A stretch of 64,000 bases of DNA from Antedon mediterranea. Taxonomy: Eukaryota > Animalia > Echinodermata. Both the position numbers and the translations under genes were made by a program. Positions within the stretch are counted from its first letter, which is position 1, and each line of letters starts with the position of its first letter. This document shows positions 13,509 through 28,600 of this stretch, piece after piece. A model generated the notes under the pieces. The model worked only from the letters and a program-made list of their open reading frames with translations, ran no database searches and was not told the DNA's origin. The stretch spans positions 27,528,001 to 27,592,000 of the forward strand of contig NC_092674.1 in assembly GCF_964355755.1 (NCBI RefSeq). The letters are read 5' to 3'.

Positions 13509-14841
13509 CACCGGACGTACCCACCCTAGTTTTTTTACGCACTCAAGTTAAAAGCGTGTATAGCGTATGCGCATGCACATTATTCCCATCTACATTAATT
13601 ATGACGCGAAAATGCGCAACCAATCGGAGGTTAGGATCATACAGTAGTTCGATTGGAGCGCACTTAAAATTGTATTTAGGTGGTGCCCACACGAGATCCA
13701 GGTGCCCCATCACATTAATAATTGATAGCTCGGGTAATCTGTTTTGTAGAAGCGTGTTTACTGATTCTGTAGGCAACCTTTCTTGAATTAATTAAAGTTT
13801 AATGTTTGCATTATCTGTATCGATTTGCTATCCTCTAGTAATTAGTCCATATATTGTACGTACACGTAGATGGTTCGATACCAGAAAAGTTAATTATAAA
13901 GATTAACCGTATTGATGTGTATTCATTAAACGAATTACAATGAATACTAATAATAATTTTATTTAATTGGGGCGATTGTAAATCATTATTATATCTAGTT
14001 TACGTGATATACATAGAAAAAAGGGGATAAATTAGGCCTAGAGCAATACAAACGGTTAGATAAATGTATGTCTGTCTTTGAGATGAAGTTTTCCATAAAG
14101 TGTCTCCAAAGAGTCAGATGTTGATGTATCTTACACCTCTTAATTTTTCCATACATAATGCTTTTAAATATAGTTGTGATTTTAGAGTTTCATGTCCGAA
14201 CATTCTTTCAGGCAGAAGACTGTTTAAACAATGGAAGAACCTGTGTATGTTTGAGATTGCGCCAAGCTACTATGCCAATCGCGTTCCAATGCGTTTTTGT
14301 TAAGTGCACGTAAATTTATTTTTGGATAGTCTATTAAAGAAACACTAATTTAAAAAATAATAATTTATAAGCACTAATTTCAAAATCATTTTTGAATAAC
14401 AGTGTACCGTAGAGGTTTTAATTAATTAAAATTAAATATTTCAACAACCTATAGTATTTCCAAAATACAGATCACTTTGTACTTTGTTAACATTGTTCTG
14501 TATTACATTTTTATTACATAGTTTTTTTGCGCAGATCCTTTATAAATGTAATTGTATATATAGCAGTATATCATAATTTACGCATGCGTCTGAAACGCAC
14601 TCAAACGTTATGGCTTTTCACGCGTAAGGTTTGTGTCTGACAAATCAACAAAGAAAAGATACCACCGCAATCCTCATTAATTTTTTTATTATCTCTTTTT
14701 TCACAGGCAATGAAAAACTAATTTAGATCTTTTAAAATGAAGCAAGAGAACAACATAAGCATATTTACTTTACAAAGTTACCGTTAAAAAAATAAAAATA
14801 AACCCAAACGTTAGGCCGTGGTATAAGTAGCACCTAATTAA

Positions 14842-14955
14842 AGTTGGGTTCTCAGTAGGGCATAGACGCAAGTGAATTGACCAATGACAAGCGACAGTTT
14901 GAATAATCCATCGCTTGTGATTGGTGAAATTACTTGCGTTGCTCCATGAGAACCG
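14842..14955. mobile_element. MITE family B, shortened
   Basis: acgcaagtgaattgaccaat...attggtgaaattacttgcgt arms. Confidence 0.6.
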
Positions 14956-16539
14956 ATTGAGTGGTCACGAAGAAATCAGTGTTGTCATAGCTACCGTGAT
15001 ACAAACAAAGTAAACAAATATAATGATTAAATCATCAATGTATAACACTGTAGTGTTATTCCCAACATTGTTTATCTGTAAATAGACATACAACGGCTAG
15101 TGACACAGCTAAGTATCACACCATAATAGATTATAAACTCGACACTCTGCGATTAATTTACACCGCGGTATTAACAATTGCAAACTAATTTAGGTGTGAT
15201 TTACACAAGAGTTAATCATAGCCAACGTAACGAGATATTTACGTGATACTTCACAGTCTAAGAATAACAAAACCACATACATCTGTATATATCTACTTGA
15301 CAATATTTACAAGTTTCAGAAAGTCATTCTACTCGTAAAGAATCTCTGTAATACGCTATTAATAAATAGAATTATAATTTATATATATAATATTTACAGA
15401 TAACTACAGCATTAAGACTATGAATTGTAGCATGGATATAAATAAAGCTCGAAATAATGTTTCTAAAACAACTATTTGAAAGAAAATATATTATTTTCTA
15501 TTCATAGGACTCTCTATATATCATTTAAGTTTAAAGACTTATTCGTATAAGTACAACAAAAACTAACTATCTATATGCATGTTATTTACTATTACTGTAC
15601 CCCATTGACTTCAAACTAATATAATTTTAACGTTACGCGCGCGTACAACAAATGTACTCTTTTCATCAAGATTTGTCTTATGGTATGTGAATGAAAACAA
15701 ATATATTGTTCACTGTCGATATGGTGCTTGCACAACGCTTTCGCCAAGCGTTCCTTCACGTGTAATACTCTTAAAGTTAAATTAGGCAAATCGATCATTT
15801 GCAATCCAATATCAACGTTGACCAGTTGTCCGCAACTTTTTGGTTCAAGGTAAAATGTTGCTTCCTAAACATCAGATAATTATAACATCACTGTGATTTC
15901 CGCTGGGTATCGACTGAAAGAACACGCTGCGAAATCCAGCGAAAACTCCATACATTGTTCTACGCATGTGACGTAAATTGCACACTCGAGGGTATATACA
16001 GTCGATTAGTATGATAGGAAGAAATCTAGAAAACATCAATCGAATATAATACACACCATTGTATTATGTACACAGTCAGATGGTGGCAACTACAGCATAT
16101 AGAAACGTTATCAATCGTATCATCACACTTGATACATTACCAACAATATAATACATATTTTTAACAGTGAGATAATAAACTGCATTTGAAGTAGACCATA
16201 TGAAATTGAAAGTTTATTTTTGGAGTTTTGTCTATTGTACATATGCACTTATATGGATATAATATTCCTAATAATATTCGATTTACGAATATTGTTTGGT
16301 GCGCATCCCTTTACAGATACCCATACTCAGTACATACGTAATTATTTCAGGGAGGTGTAGCTTATTATATTTTTTCTGCAAACATATCGAAGTGTGCACA
16401 TTCCTTTATGAATCCCCAGCCCCATCAACTACCCCTCACCTGTCCTTAGTTATAACCCACACGCCATACATCTTTTTTATTTCATGGGGAGTCAATAATA
16501 GCTTATGTTGTAAATGTGGATTTACATTCTAGATTATGA

Positions 16540-16687
16540 TTATTGTTCGTGGTCTTTGATTCCATTTGCAGCCTTATTTTGTGTCAGGAACCAACACTGC
16601 ATTGGTTCCGTTTTACCCTTCATCTTAACCCCTCCTCGGTACTCGAATTCAAACGTTGGATCAAATGATTCGGGAGAGATTAGATGT
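16540..16687 (-). CDS. GUCY1B1: sGC beta terminal exon ([34 protein letters not shown]...EQ*)
   Basis: Acceptor tttcag, in-frame TAA at 16540-16542, RG-V-MKGK cyclase C-terminal motif. Confidence 0.93.
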
Positions 16688-19600
16688 CTGAAAATAAATG
16701 AATACAATAAATGTTAGTGTGCCCTCAAACATTTAGATAGTTCAAAAGCTTTAATAGACGTTCTTCAACAGCCGTTGTATACTGACGAGTATTTAGGCCT
16801 GTTGTATTAATAATTCATAAAACACAGCTTTTTAATTTGAAATTTAATTAAATGAGGCGATGGCAGATTATTTAACATTATATGAATACATTTTTAAAAT
16901 GTGTGAGAAATTTATATAATATTAAAATAGATAGAGAATTAATTTGCCAGCGTTATAAATAAGAATTTAATTTCGCGGCAAATGGATTTGTATTCGTATA
17001 AAAATAAGGTCGTTTTTGAAGAGAACAAGAAGAACAAGAACGCTTACGGGTGAATGCTTTGTACACTACATCATATCAAACTAATTAACAAACAAATTAT
17101 TTCAGTTTAAAGGCAAAAAATCAATTTGCTATACTACTACATCGTGTTTCTTCTGGCGCTTTTCATATTGATATTAATAATTACTGTTTTATGATGGTCG
17201 GTTTGTAACATATTCACATAATTGGCTTTCCAGGCGGTCACATATCGGGTTTCTTTATTTAAATTTGTTAACATATTCGGCATTTGTCAAAACGTGCTTT
17301 GGGACACGTATAATTATTATATATGACACATATATTTATTGCACTGAAATGAAATATATTCCCCTGGATGCAAGCATTTTACTTTCCTAAAAAAATAAGT
17401 ATACGTTAAGAGGCGCGCGTACATGCGTACCTAAGTTGAAACGAGCGTGTACATGCGTACCTAAGTTGAGACGCGCGCGTGCATTTTGTGATGTCAATTG
17501 CAAATTATTTCCCTGAATTGTGCTATCTATTCATGTATGACTGATTGTTTATGGATGGACAACTTACTTATAGGCTGGTTCGGAGACGTTGATCTTGCCC
17601 TTTACCCCTGTCGTCTCTGTCCTGCTGGTAAGGTTCACCGTGTTGCCAAAGAGACAGTATCTAGGCATTTTATGTCCTATTACGCCCGTTACGACTTCTC
17701 CACTGTGAATTCCAATTGTTATCTAAATAAACAGAATTAGAAAGTAAATTAAATGCTGTCCAGCATTGCCTTAGCGTTGACCAGTTTATTTATAGACTGC
17801 CGTTAATAATCTAGACACTTAAAAGGGGGTTTTAAAGGAAATATTCTTGTCACATCAGCACGTTAATATCAGAACACGAGTAATTATCGATTCGTCTTTA
17901 ACAATTTATGATCTTCATTTGTTGTGTGTTTGGATACATGAAATGGTACCACCCCCTGGATGCAAGCATTTTACTTTCCTACGAAAATAAGTATGCGTAC
18001 CTAAGTTGAGACGCGCTCGTACATGCGTACATAAGTTGAGACGCGTGCGTACATCTTGCTTTGGTATTAATGGATGTTTAGAGTGCATGAAATATGGTAC
18101 CACCGCCTTGCCCATAGGACTTGCTTTGGTATTAATGGATGTTTAGAGTGCAAGAAGAGCGACGATTTAAAAGTTTATTGTAGTTTGAACTCAATGAATG
18201 GAAATGGAAACACTCCATGTTGTCATATGATAATGGTTACGGTACTTTCCAAGCGGACCATCCAACACAAAAACACAAATAAACATTAAAGTCAGTAAAT
18301 CACTCGCTATGATTTATTTGCAATGTAAACAGCCGCCACGCGAACGTATGTTTATGTGAGTGTGACGTAAATAAACGTAACAGATATAGAAAATGTTAGA
18401 ATCGAAAACGCTTACGTTTATTAGACCGCGTTTTGTACTAAAAAACAAAAAAAAAGCTGGGGTATATTACTGTATTTTGACTTAGTGTATTGAAGTGTCA
18501 TATAATAATTGAATGACGTTTGCGAATGTGAACAAATATAATATTTTTCCTACTCTTTATCACCCACTGAATAAAACTGGTGATCTGTATGTTTTCATAT
18601 TAAACAAATGCATATGATTTATTAACAAAAATATAATGTTACGAAAATTCTAGACAAGAAATGTATTAATAAAACTGATGACCATCATCGTCACTTCCTG
18701 TTGGATATTGTATCGTAAAATTCGTAAACACTATCAAAATAACCCTAACATTGCATTATTACCTTGGCCCCGTAGAGAAATAAAACCATAAAAGCTGAAT
18801 ATTGGTTTTTCTGAATTATTAAAACATGTCTGTTGATTTCTCAACGATGAGGTGGCATATGTATTTTAAACATAGCTGGATTACAGATGGATACATAAAC
18901 ATCGCATCACACGCTATAGCTTTTTGAATAAGAGAACACTATATCAGTATTTGATTAAATGTGCATTATGTGATTATTCTTCTCAATTCCAAGTTATATT
19001 CTTTAATAAATATTTTGATTGTCTTGCGATACGAATACGAAGTTTACGCAAAAATTAGATGCACATGCACAATATGGTTTTCATATTTACAACATTTCAG
19101 AGATTTATTATGACTATTCTCTATTTTTTTCGAAATGTAAAATAAAAAGTCAGTCAAAGGGCAACTTTCAAAAATATCGATTTTCAAGATATACTTACAA
19201 AATGACGCATGTCATATTTTATCAATTTTTATGTTCGCCTTGTGCAGGATTTATAAAATATTAGGAAATCGCAAGTTCCGCTCTACATGATCCGCGAAGC
19301 CTAGCGGCGTACGCAATGACGACTACGGAAATTGGATGTCACGAAGGTACTCGATACTTTCAGGTATATATTTACAATTTGAATAGATACTTTTTGTTTT
19401 ACAAGATACCTAAATGTATCGCATTGTTGGATGTCCTTTACGTGTACCCCTTTAGGCATGTGACGCACGTTTTATTGACATTTTAACACAACCTATTTCC
19501 CAAGCCCCAACTCTAACCCAAGATCTATTTATTATCAATTTACATCATACTAGAAGTGATTACATTGTTTCGAAAAAACTGTTTTTCTTAGATGGAATGT

Positions 19601-22600
19601 ATTATTGTGTTAAACCACCTGGTTTCTAAACTAAGACAATTATATCTGAAGCGTAGTTCCCACTAGGTCGCCATGCAATGATATTATAAGCGCAACGCAC
19701 GTGATTTGAAGGGCGACAGTTCCTTACGTTGCGTTTACGTCCTAGTGGAAACCTCTTAAAAAAGCTAGCACCATAGTACCGAACAATTTTCCCCCTAAAA
19801 GGCGAATACAGTTTTATAATAATCTTTGAACACATCCATAGTAACATTTCTTACCCATTGTTGTTTTTGACATTTCAACCTTCTGTATATTAGCTTAGCA
19901 ATATGCCTCGTATTAACTAAAATACTCAATTTAGCAATGTAAATATATAGTCTATTTTTCATACTGTAGCCCATTTCTCAAAAAAAAAATCTTTGACTTA
20001 ATTTGAAGCAAAGCAAATCTTTGCTGCAACAGCAGAACATTTTCCATTTGCCTCAAATTGTGATGAAATTTGACGCATCACCTCGGGCGTTGATGATAGC
20101 ACGGTGAATCCTTTGAGTTTTAAATTTGCCGACTGATTGATAAATGTAATCAATTGACACAAGCAATAAGCAGCCCCATAGTATTTTTTATACCGTATTT
20201 TCGACCGAACTACATAGAAGATTAATCATGTTACTACATGTCAATTTTAATTGTATATATTAATATCATAAATAAATTATCGATGAATTAGCAATGCTGA
20301 GACCTGGTTTACTATATTGGACGAATTATTAAGGGTATTCATTTTTTTTTCACTTGGTTGATAAACGTTTAGTTCTCACTTGAATGCAACGCAAGGACGC
20401 AAGCGCAACTCAAGTAATTTGACCAATCACTACACGATAGATCATCCCAACTATCGCTTGTGATTGGTCAACTTACTTGCGATCCGTGTACGCAATTGTG
20501 AGTACAAGTCATAACCAAGCTATGGTCTACTCGCAACTTGTGTTTATCGATATATTTGCAAAACTGTATAACATACCACGATTTAATTGACATTTCGTCA
20601 TGTACACTAACGAATTTTAGATATTTTCATCATCACATTTATTTACGCGAAAGTTTTGTAAAATAAACCAATTTTAAGGAAGTTCACTGAATCAGTATTT
20701 CCTTATAGTTTGATTACATATCTGAATTTTAATTAGGAACATATAAATAAATCGATAAGTAATGAAAAGATCATTTATTATTCTTCTTTTATGAGATGAT
20801 ATTTTGCAATTTACAAATGTAAAATGTCTCCGGTTGCCTCTGATATCAGAGACTGTTTAATGCCTTTTTGAAGGTTAAAATCCTGTATTTCAAATTTTGT
20901 ACCTTATCTTTATGACTTTCTAGATATTTTACGGTTTTCTTTGTATTTCTAACCTCCTTATTGCGAACTTTGTCGTCGTAAAGTCAAAGCGAGTTTATTT
21001 AATTTTGATGGCTTGTTTAATGGCTTTACATTCGGTTTTGTTAGCTAATACTGTGATTTTCATGCTGTATAGTTCACGTCAGGATAACATTTATGGTTGA
21101 GGCCCTCTCAACAATATATTATATCCATTTCGTTTTTTAATTCAATATTTTGCCTGTTTTAGCTCTGTTTACACTATCAAAAGTTTGACCAAAACAATGT
21201 GATGTGCTCAAATATTGAAGTGATATGACGTCATCACATTTTTTGTCACATTAAGTTAGTTGTCACATCAGGATAGTGTGGACAGAGCTTTAGAGAGGCC
21301 TTAGTGGTGGTTTGTTATTGTGTTTAGATTTAACATATCATTTGAATTGTAAATCTTTCTCTATTTGGTACATCCAGTTATTTTTGCATTGTTTGTTTTC
21401 TAAATAACTTTATTTTGATATGATAAATTTTTTACTATATTTGATATCGTAGGCCTATGCCATTTTTGGGTGTTAATTCATATGCATTTAACAGCGAGAA
21501 ACTCGCAAATTACAGGATTGACTAACTGCCATTCTTATAAACTCAGTTGAGGCTTATGGAGTGGAAAGAGTCTTGAGTAACAACCCTGGCAAGTTCAAGA
21601 TCAAACCCTGGCGCTGAGTCAGAATTGAACCCTGGCGCTAAGTCAGAATTGAACCCTGGCGCTAAGTCAGAATTGAACCCTGGCGCTAAGTCAGAATTGA
21701 ACCCTGGCGCTAGATCAGAATTGAACCCTGGCGCTAGATCAGAATTGAACCCTGGCGCTAAGTCAGAATTGAACCCTGGCGGTAGGTCAGGATTGAACCC
21801 TGGCGCTAGGTCAGGATTGAACCCTTGACCTTGGGTTTAGAAGGCAAGCACGTTAACCATCAAGTTACAACTCCATTACTTTGTTTTCAAATTCCGTAAT
21901 ATCTGGAGTTACGAAACAAAGTTTCTATCTATTTTTACTGTTAAAGTCGGTCAAATTCCTTTCGTCATTTACTGAAATGAATACAAAATTGGTTAAGTAA
22001 AATATAGCATCTTTGAAATGAGATATGAAGCAGATGTATTGCAGTTTGTATTAGATAGATAGAAACATCTAACTTGAAGAATTAGCATGTACTAGAAACT
22101 ACTTCTAAATAATTGCTTATTTAATATGACATGATAATTTTATGACTGTGTCGTTCATTGTAGAGTAGATAAAGATATACTCGTCGTCGTCGTATACTTG
22201 CTATAGGCCTATGTACTTGAACTTAATTAGATAACAGCTTCAGGCCCACCTAAGAATAGGCAGTAGTCCTACTTTGCGGATGATATTGTCGAATTCTCTG
22301 TTGTAGCTTCAACAAAGCTTTTTTCATTACTTTCCCAGGTGTCAGTCTTCAAATGATCAGTTTATTTTTATGAGAAAAGAAGAGAGAATTTTATTCAATT
22401 GAAATGGAATTAGTTGTGGTGAAAATGTAACTGAAGTTTTTTTCCATATGTTCCGCCTGTTAAAATGCGCATTATGCTAAAATATTGAATCTGATTGTCT
22501 CTGCAGCTTTTTTTTGTTATTGGTAATGTTAATACTACTGTACTATCGTCTGTGCTAATATCATGAAAGTCAAATACAATGCTAATGCGTGGTTCCCACT

Positions 22601-25600
22601 AGCGACGCAACGCAAGGACGTAACGCAACGCAAGTGAATTGACCAATCACAAGCGATGACTTATTGGCTTGTGATTGCTAACTTTCTATAACTTCGCTTG
22701 TGATTGGTTAAAACGCTTGCGTTGCGTTTACGTCCTTGCGTTACGTTCTAGTGGGAACCAAGCTTTAGGCCTGGGGGTAATGTACTACCGAGTCTTTACA
22801 TTCTCTCAGTAAGGCTAACACCTAATGAATAATGACAAATGGATTATTCATTAATGTTATTATGTTTCATGTACGAACAAATATCGTAGCAATCACCTCC
22901 AATACCGACTGTCCAAGAAATCATACTTTTCACAGTATCTCCATTTTCTATTACCCCTGACGTCTCACCCAAGTGTCTATACTCTTAAGCCTTATATGGT
23001 AGTACTATGCCCAAAGATGGTAATGATATGACATCATCATGTCCATATACGGGCATATAATCAAACAAAAGAAATGTTCTCATTATTAACGGGGTCGTTC
23101 TTATAAAATGTTAAATCCAATTTCACCGCGAGTCAAGATTAGTTAATACCGTACTATCAAACATATCGCATTGCATTCGTGACGTCACCCATGAGTTCAA
23201 TGATTTTGTAGATTATTGCAGACGCGAATATTAAGAATGGCTGTCAGACAACTTATTTTCTCTGTTTTCGACAAATTGCCCTTAAAGGCTGTTAATCAAC
23301 TGACAATGTTATCCATTGGTTCGATAATGTTAACGCCTCTAACAGTGAAAATCTGCTTCGTTGCAGGAAATTTGACAATGTTTTTACTCCTTTGTTCTAT
23401 CAAATTTAGCACCCATCGATTTGACTCATGCTATTATTTTACAGCGTGCCCTAATTCTTATGCAAAAAGACGAGACGAGTTTATCGATACTCGTAAATCT
23501 TATATCTCTTTCCCTATGTTTACGATTTATTTTATCTAAGTTATCAATTTCCATTTAGTTAGTATAGAACTCCCTTTTGAGATAGATATTTCTGTATGTT
23601 TTAAAACATTAATTATGCCAGTATTGCGATGCGACAAAAACAGGCCTACAAAATATCGTATACACATCTGAGCAGTGTGTGCATTATATCGAATGTTATT
23701 GCACTAAACTATTTTAATACTTAATTGGCGGTTGCTTTAAAGTTGTTAAATGCACATTAATTGTGAAGATAAAAAAACCTCAATTGCACATTTACGAAGA
23801 AACACGTCACGTGTTGATGAAACATAGTGGTGAACGTCCTTTAGCGTATTCACAATACAGTTTAGATAATAAACACAAATAGTTTGATATAAATCGCTCG
23901 TTGAAGGCGCTGTTCGTGAAAGAAAAAAGTATGGTACGGTTTGTAATGTATCAAATAATTGGGTAAAATGTTGATATTTAATAGCCAGAACATTCTATTG
24001 GATTTAGCCACTAATCTCATATTCCTTGTTTGACAATAAATGGATTAATTTTATTCGGCCTAAATTATGAGAGATAGGTACTATATTTCGTAATATCGTG
24101 ACGCGAAGTGGACGCGCGCGTACAAAAGCGTCATCTTCAACATTTAAACGCTCTATTAAACATAATATGTAATGATTTATATTTGTATAGAAAATACATG
24201 GTTTATTTAAAACCAGTCAACTCACATAATATTCAGTGCGAGAGCAATTATTTCTATGTCTAAAGCAGACTGACCAATTTATATAAATGACTAATTAAGT
24301 CGGTAATGAAGTGTAAAATAAGTTAATTAACTATCCTGTTCTAGTTCATAATAATTAGAAATAATTATCATTAGGTTAATTTAAGATTCTATTATCGATT
24401 TGGTCATTTATCCAGGGAATATTTCTTTGTATTCTAGCCATGAATATCCACTGTTCTCAGACCAAGTATAACGTATTACCCGCTATTCTCTGGTGGATGC
24501 GAATAATATTTAAAGTTGGCTTGCGCCGCGTACAAACACTGATATATCCCGCCGAATGCAGTTACATTTGAAGCACATGTAAACTTGTATAGACAATGAA
24601 ACGAAATAAAGATGACACGCGCGTACAAACATTGATGAATATTTTAAATTTTATAAAATTAAAATTGTAAATGGCGTCTACGCTTTAAGGTGTAACTTTT
24701 CTAATCATTGTATCGGATTATAAAAAATGAATACGTTTATCGTTATTTTATGAATTAAATTACAACTTAATGACGTCGTACCATGCAGTAGGTATATTTA
24801 ATACAAAGTTGATTAATTCATTATTAAAAAGCCTGATATTAGGTTTACGTTGCTAGTCGTTAAAACTTTTAAATTGTAAATTAATCAATCTTGAGTAAGT
24901 TTGATTTCGGCATGATAACAACACGTTATAAATATAATTTGTTATTCCGTAATAATGTTTAAAAACAACAAAGTACCGTGTCCTACTTCTCGGCGTCGTC
25001 GTTTACCCCGAGGCCTTTACATAATTTCGCATCATTCGTGGCAATAACACCTTGGTACCTTTCTGTATTTTTAAAATTAATGACGTGAAATCAATACGGA
25101 CATAGATGAATTCGTACGAATCTTGTTTTTCCTAGATACGACTTTTATCATAATGCCAAGATCTCCACTATTCTCTGTGGATGGAATTACATACAAGGAG
25201 CATTACACTAATAACCTATAGTAAGCTATACAAATAATATCTTTCGCTAGGTATGTCCTGTGGTAATCCTCGTATTCTCGTATTTCGTCAAACTCAATTC
25301 CTAGCTAAAACAAACATGTTTGCCGTCGAATCACTTGTAAATATTGAAATACTAGTTGTGTGTCCATCTAAATGTATTATTGCGCTTGTAAAGTATATTT
25401 GTAACAATAAAGATGGCTGATAATAAACCCGAGGTGTGGTAGCGTACTCGACTTCGTACGTGCCTTGAGAGCAACACATTGTCGTATTGGATTAAATCCA
25501 TAGTCGAATGGCCGAGCGGAGTCAAATGGCCGAGCGGAGTCGAGTGACCGATCGGGTTAAGGCAATGTCGCGTGGATCTCGTGGTAGAACAAGTCTTCTC

Positions 25601-28600
25601 GGATAAGGACTTGAGGTCCGAGTGCGCACATCTGGCTCATGTGCACTTAAATAAACCCCGGTGTATATAGGTACATCTTAGCGCCTGTGAATGTGGGCTG
25701 TTTGTCTGCATGTAGGTGCATTATAAATTAATAATTTAACGTTGCAAATGTTATTATTGTATATTTTTTTTTGTCAATAATGAAACACCATCTTATACTA
25801 CCAGTTATGCATTTAAAATTAGCCATTTGAATATCGCAGCTCGACATGTTAAATTAATTTCCGATGTAATATAATCATTTTTTGTATCTTTAATTAAATT
25901 TAACACATTTGAATTCTCGGAAATATCAATGAGATAATGGTCAGAAGTGCATTTATATCTTTGATGAACAGCAAACGTAATGTTTGAGAGAACCAAATAT
26001 GAAGTATTTTACGATACTACGTTTTTTTGTAACGCTGTGTTGACGCAACAACGCAAGGACGCACACATGACGCAGGTTGCGTTCTAGTGAAACAAGCTTT
26101 AACAGTACAACATGGTAATCATCATCATCATCATCACCACCATCAACACAATCACTATCTTCCTCATCAACATCACTGTATTGATCATCATCATCATTCA
26201 CATAAATCAAGATCATCATCACAATCTAATCATAATCATCATCATCATCACCACAATCCAATCATAATCATCACTTTACAGTCGATTCCCGTACGGATGT
26301 CAAGAGACAATAAGCAGCACATACAGCTTTTCTCCTATTTCTAAACTATAAACTACGCTTTTTGGCAGGCTCTCTGTTTGGCTAAATGGTTTGAGCTTTC
26401 TTCCAAATTTCAGTAAGGTCTGTCTACACTATCAAACTAGTTTGACAACAAAGTGTGATGTGCCCATATTAGACATGATGATTTCACTAAAATATTTGAG
26501 GATCACTACCAATTGTCTTTGTCATATAAAGTTAAGTGTAGACAGAGCTTTAGATAACCGGGATGGGTCTGTCAGTGATATTACAGTCGCTTGACATAAA
26601 ACTATCCCGCAGTGTATTGTCTTTGGACATAATACATATGAGAATTTCATTCAATTTTTCATATTCTACTGCTTATTAGTCGTCTATCAACAGCTACATC
26701 GCCATTTACAAAATCGCTGTTAACTTTGTTTTTATGGTTTGAATTAATTTCACACTTACTATTTCTGATCATAAATTTTAGAATTGACTTTAGTTTCCAA
26801 TTATCTTTAGCATCGTGAATGTATACATTCAAAATAATCCACGTTCTCTATTCTTCTTCACATTATTCTACGCGTTTATTTTTTTTTATAACAATAATTA
26901 TATTTTAATTTGATCTTTAACGGATTTAAATTGAATTTCAATATAATTATTGTTTCGAGATTGGCGCAGTCTACCGAATAATTGTTTTTAATAGTCGATC
27001 GTCTCCGTATTTTATAAATAATGTCGCTATCAGTGGAGTAATAGAAGTATTCTTCATCGAGCTGTCAGACATAGTAATAATACAAACGGTTTTTATAATT
27101 ATTTTCTGCGCTAAATAATACATAATGAATTTCTTAATGTCTTCTTAAATTTGCGCCATCCGTTAGTAAAGCTTGGTTCCCAGTAGGACGCAACGCAAGG
27201 ACGTAAGCGCAACGCAAATAATTTGACCAATCACAATCGATGGATTATTGAACAGTTGCGTGTCATTGGTCAACTAGCTTACGTTACGCTTACGCCTTTG
27301 CGTTGCGTCCTAGTGGGAACCAAGCTTTAAAGGTAACGGCACTGTACTGTACATAAGGGATTTCCAAAAACCGTGCAGCATAAAACGAGAATGAGGTCGA
27401 GTAATTCTCTACACTCTCCATCCTACGAACTTTCAACAATTTTAACAAATTATAGAAACTTATAGCCCATAAGAACCACATGTCCTACAAGAATTAAACA
27501 CAGTAACCTATATTAACATACCGTTATGTTCTTTCCATCAACCTTCACTGACTTCGAAGCTTCCATCACGTCTAAAGCTAGGTTGGCGATGCAGCGCGCA
27601 TGCTCAGAACATGGCTCTGGCAGTCCACTTACTGCCATGTATTTGTCTCCGACAGTTTCTACCTACATCCATATAATTACAGAAAGTTTTAATTACATAT
27701 AGTGACATTCATCATCAATCTTCATATCAATCAATTAATACATATTATAAATTACCGTAAATGATTAGGATTATAAATTAAATTAATTCATAATTTCGAA
27801 ACAACGATAATATACTACACCATAATTAAATGATCAATTCTATAACGTTACGCATTTGCATTGAAACAGCTTCAAGTTGATTGGTACTGTAAAGGTTGAG
27901 GTTTTTTTCTGTTAAGTATTTAACACCTAGACTTGTATCTAACTGACTTGCAATAATCAGCTAGATACTATCTAGGGACAGCTGTAGATTTTTTTTTCTT
28001 TTATAATACATAATCTTTCTTATTTTGGTGTGAGCTGTTGAAGTAATCCGTGTACCCTATAATGAACCCATTGTATCTAGAAACAAATCCGTCTTAACTT
28101 GCCTTAAATATGTTATCATAACGTCCAAGTATAGTATCGAAGGAGGTGTAGATTTGGTTCAGTGTGAACACAATCGTCAGTGGGTCGTGTGAATATTGAC
28201 GGCAAAAGTCGCTGAATCCAGATATTCCACTGAACATCAGTGTCACCCATTCGTACTTTTTGGCAGGTACGGGCCTACGGTGCCGGAGCTCGTTGGCAAC
28301 GGATGGCGGTAAAATCGAGTACACAAGCCTGTATTGAAGTAAACATCATTATAAGATATTAAAGATCATAGATCATGGACACTTACAGATTATTGGAGAT
28401 TGATTTTATTAGATTATAGTGGATTTGAGCATTATGAATTAAGTGTTATTACGCCAGTGGCAGTCTATACAAAGTACAGTGCTTAAGAGTTTAGTTATTA
28501 ATATTATACGAAATGATTATATTGGCTTTAGGGTGTACTATCATAGCTCGATTTTTCGAGTACGCATGGCAGTGAGTAATTTACGTGCAGAATTATTGAC

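Noticed and set aside
10000-16400. Short ORFs between the two genes
   Set aside because: No recognisable domains or consistent exon structure. Poly(A) signals are too frequent in AT-rich DNA to assign UTR ends.
21625-21828. ORF encoding (LNPGAKSE)n, and possible CRISPR-like array
   Set aside because: Head-to-tail 24-bp tandem repeat with no unique spacers and no cas genes. The ORF is a by-product of a period divisible by three.
25953-26344. His-rich and Asp-rich ORFs
   Set aside because: Translations of a (CAT)n microsatellite inside an intron.
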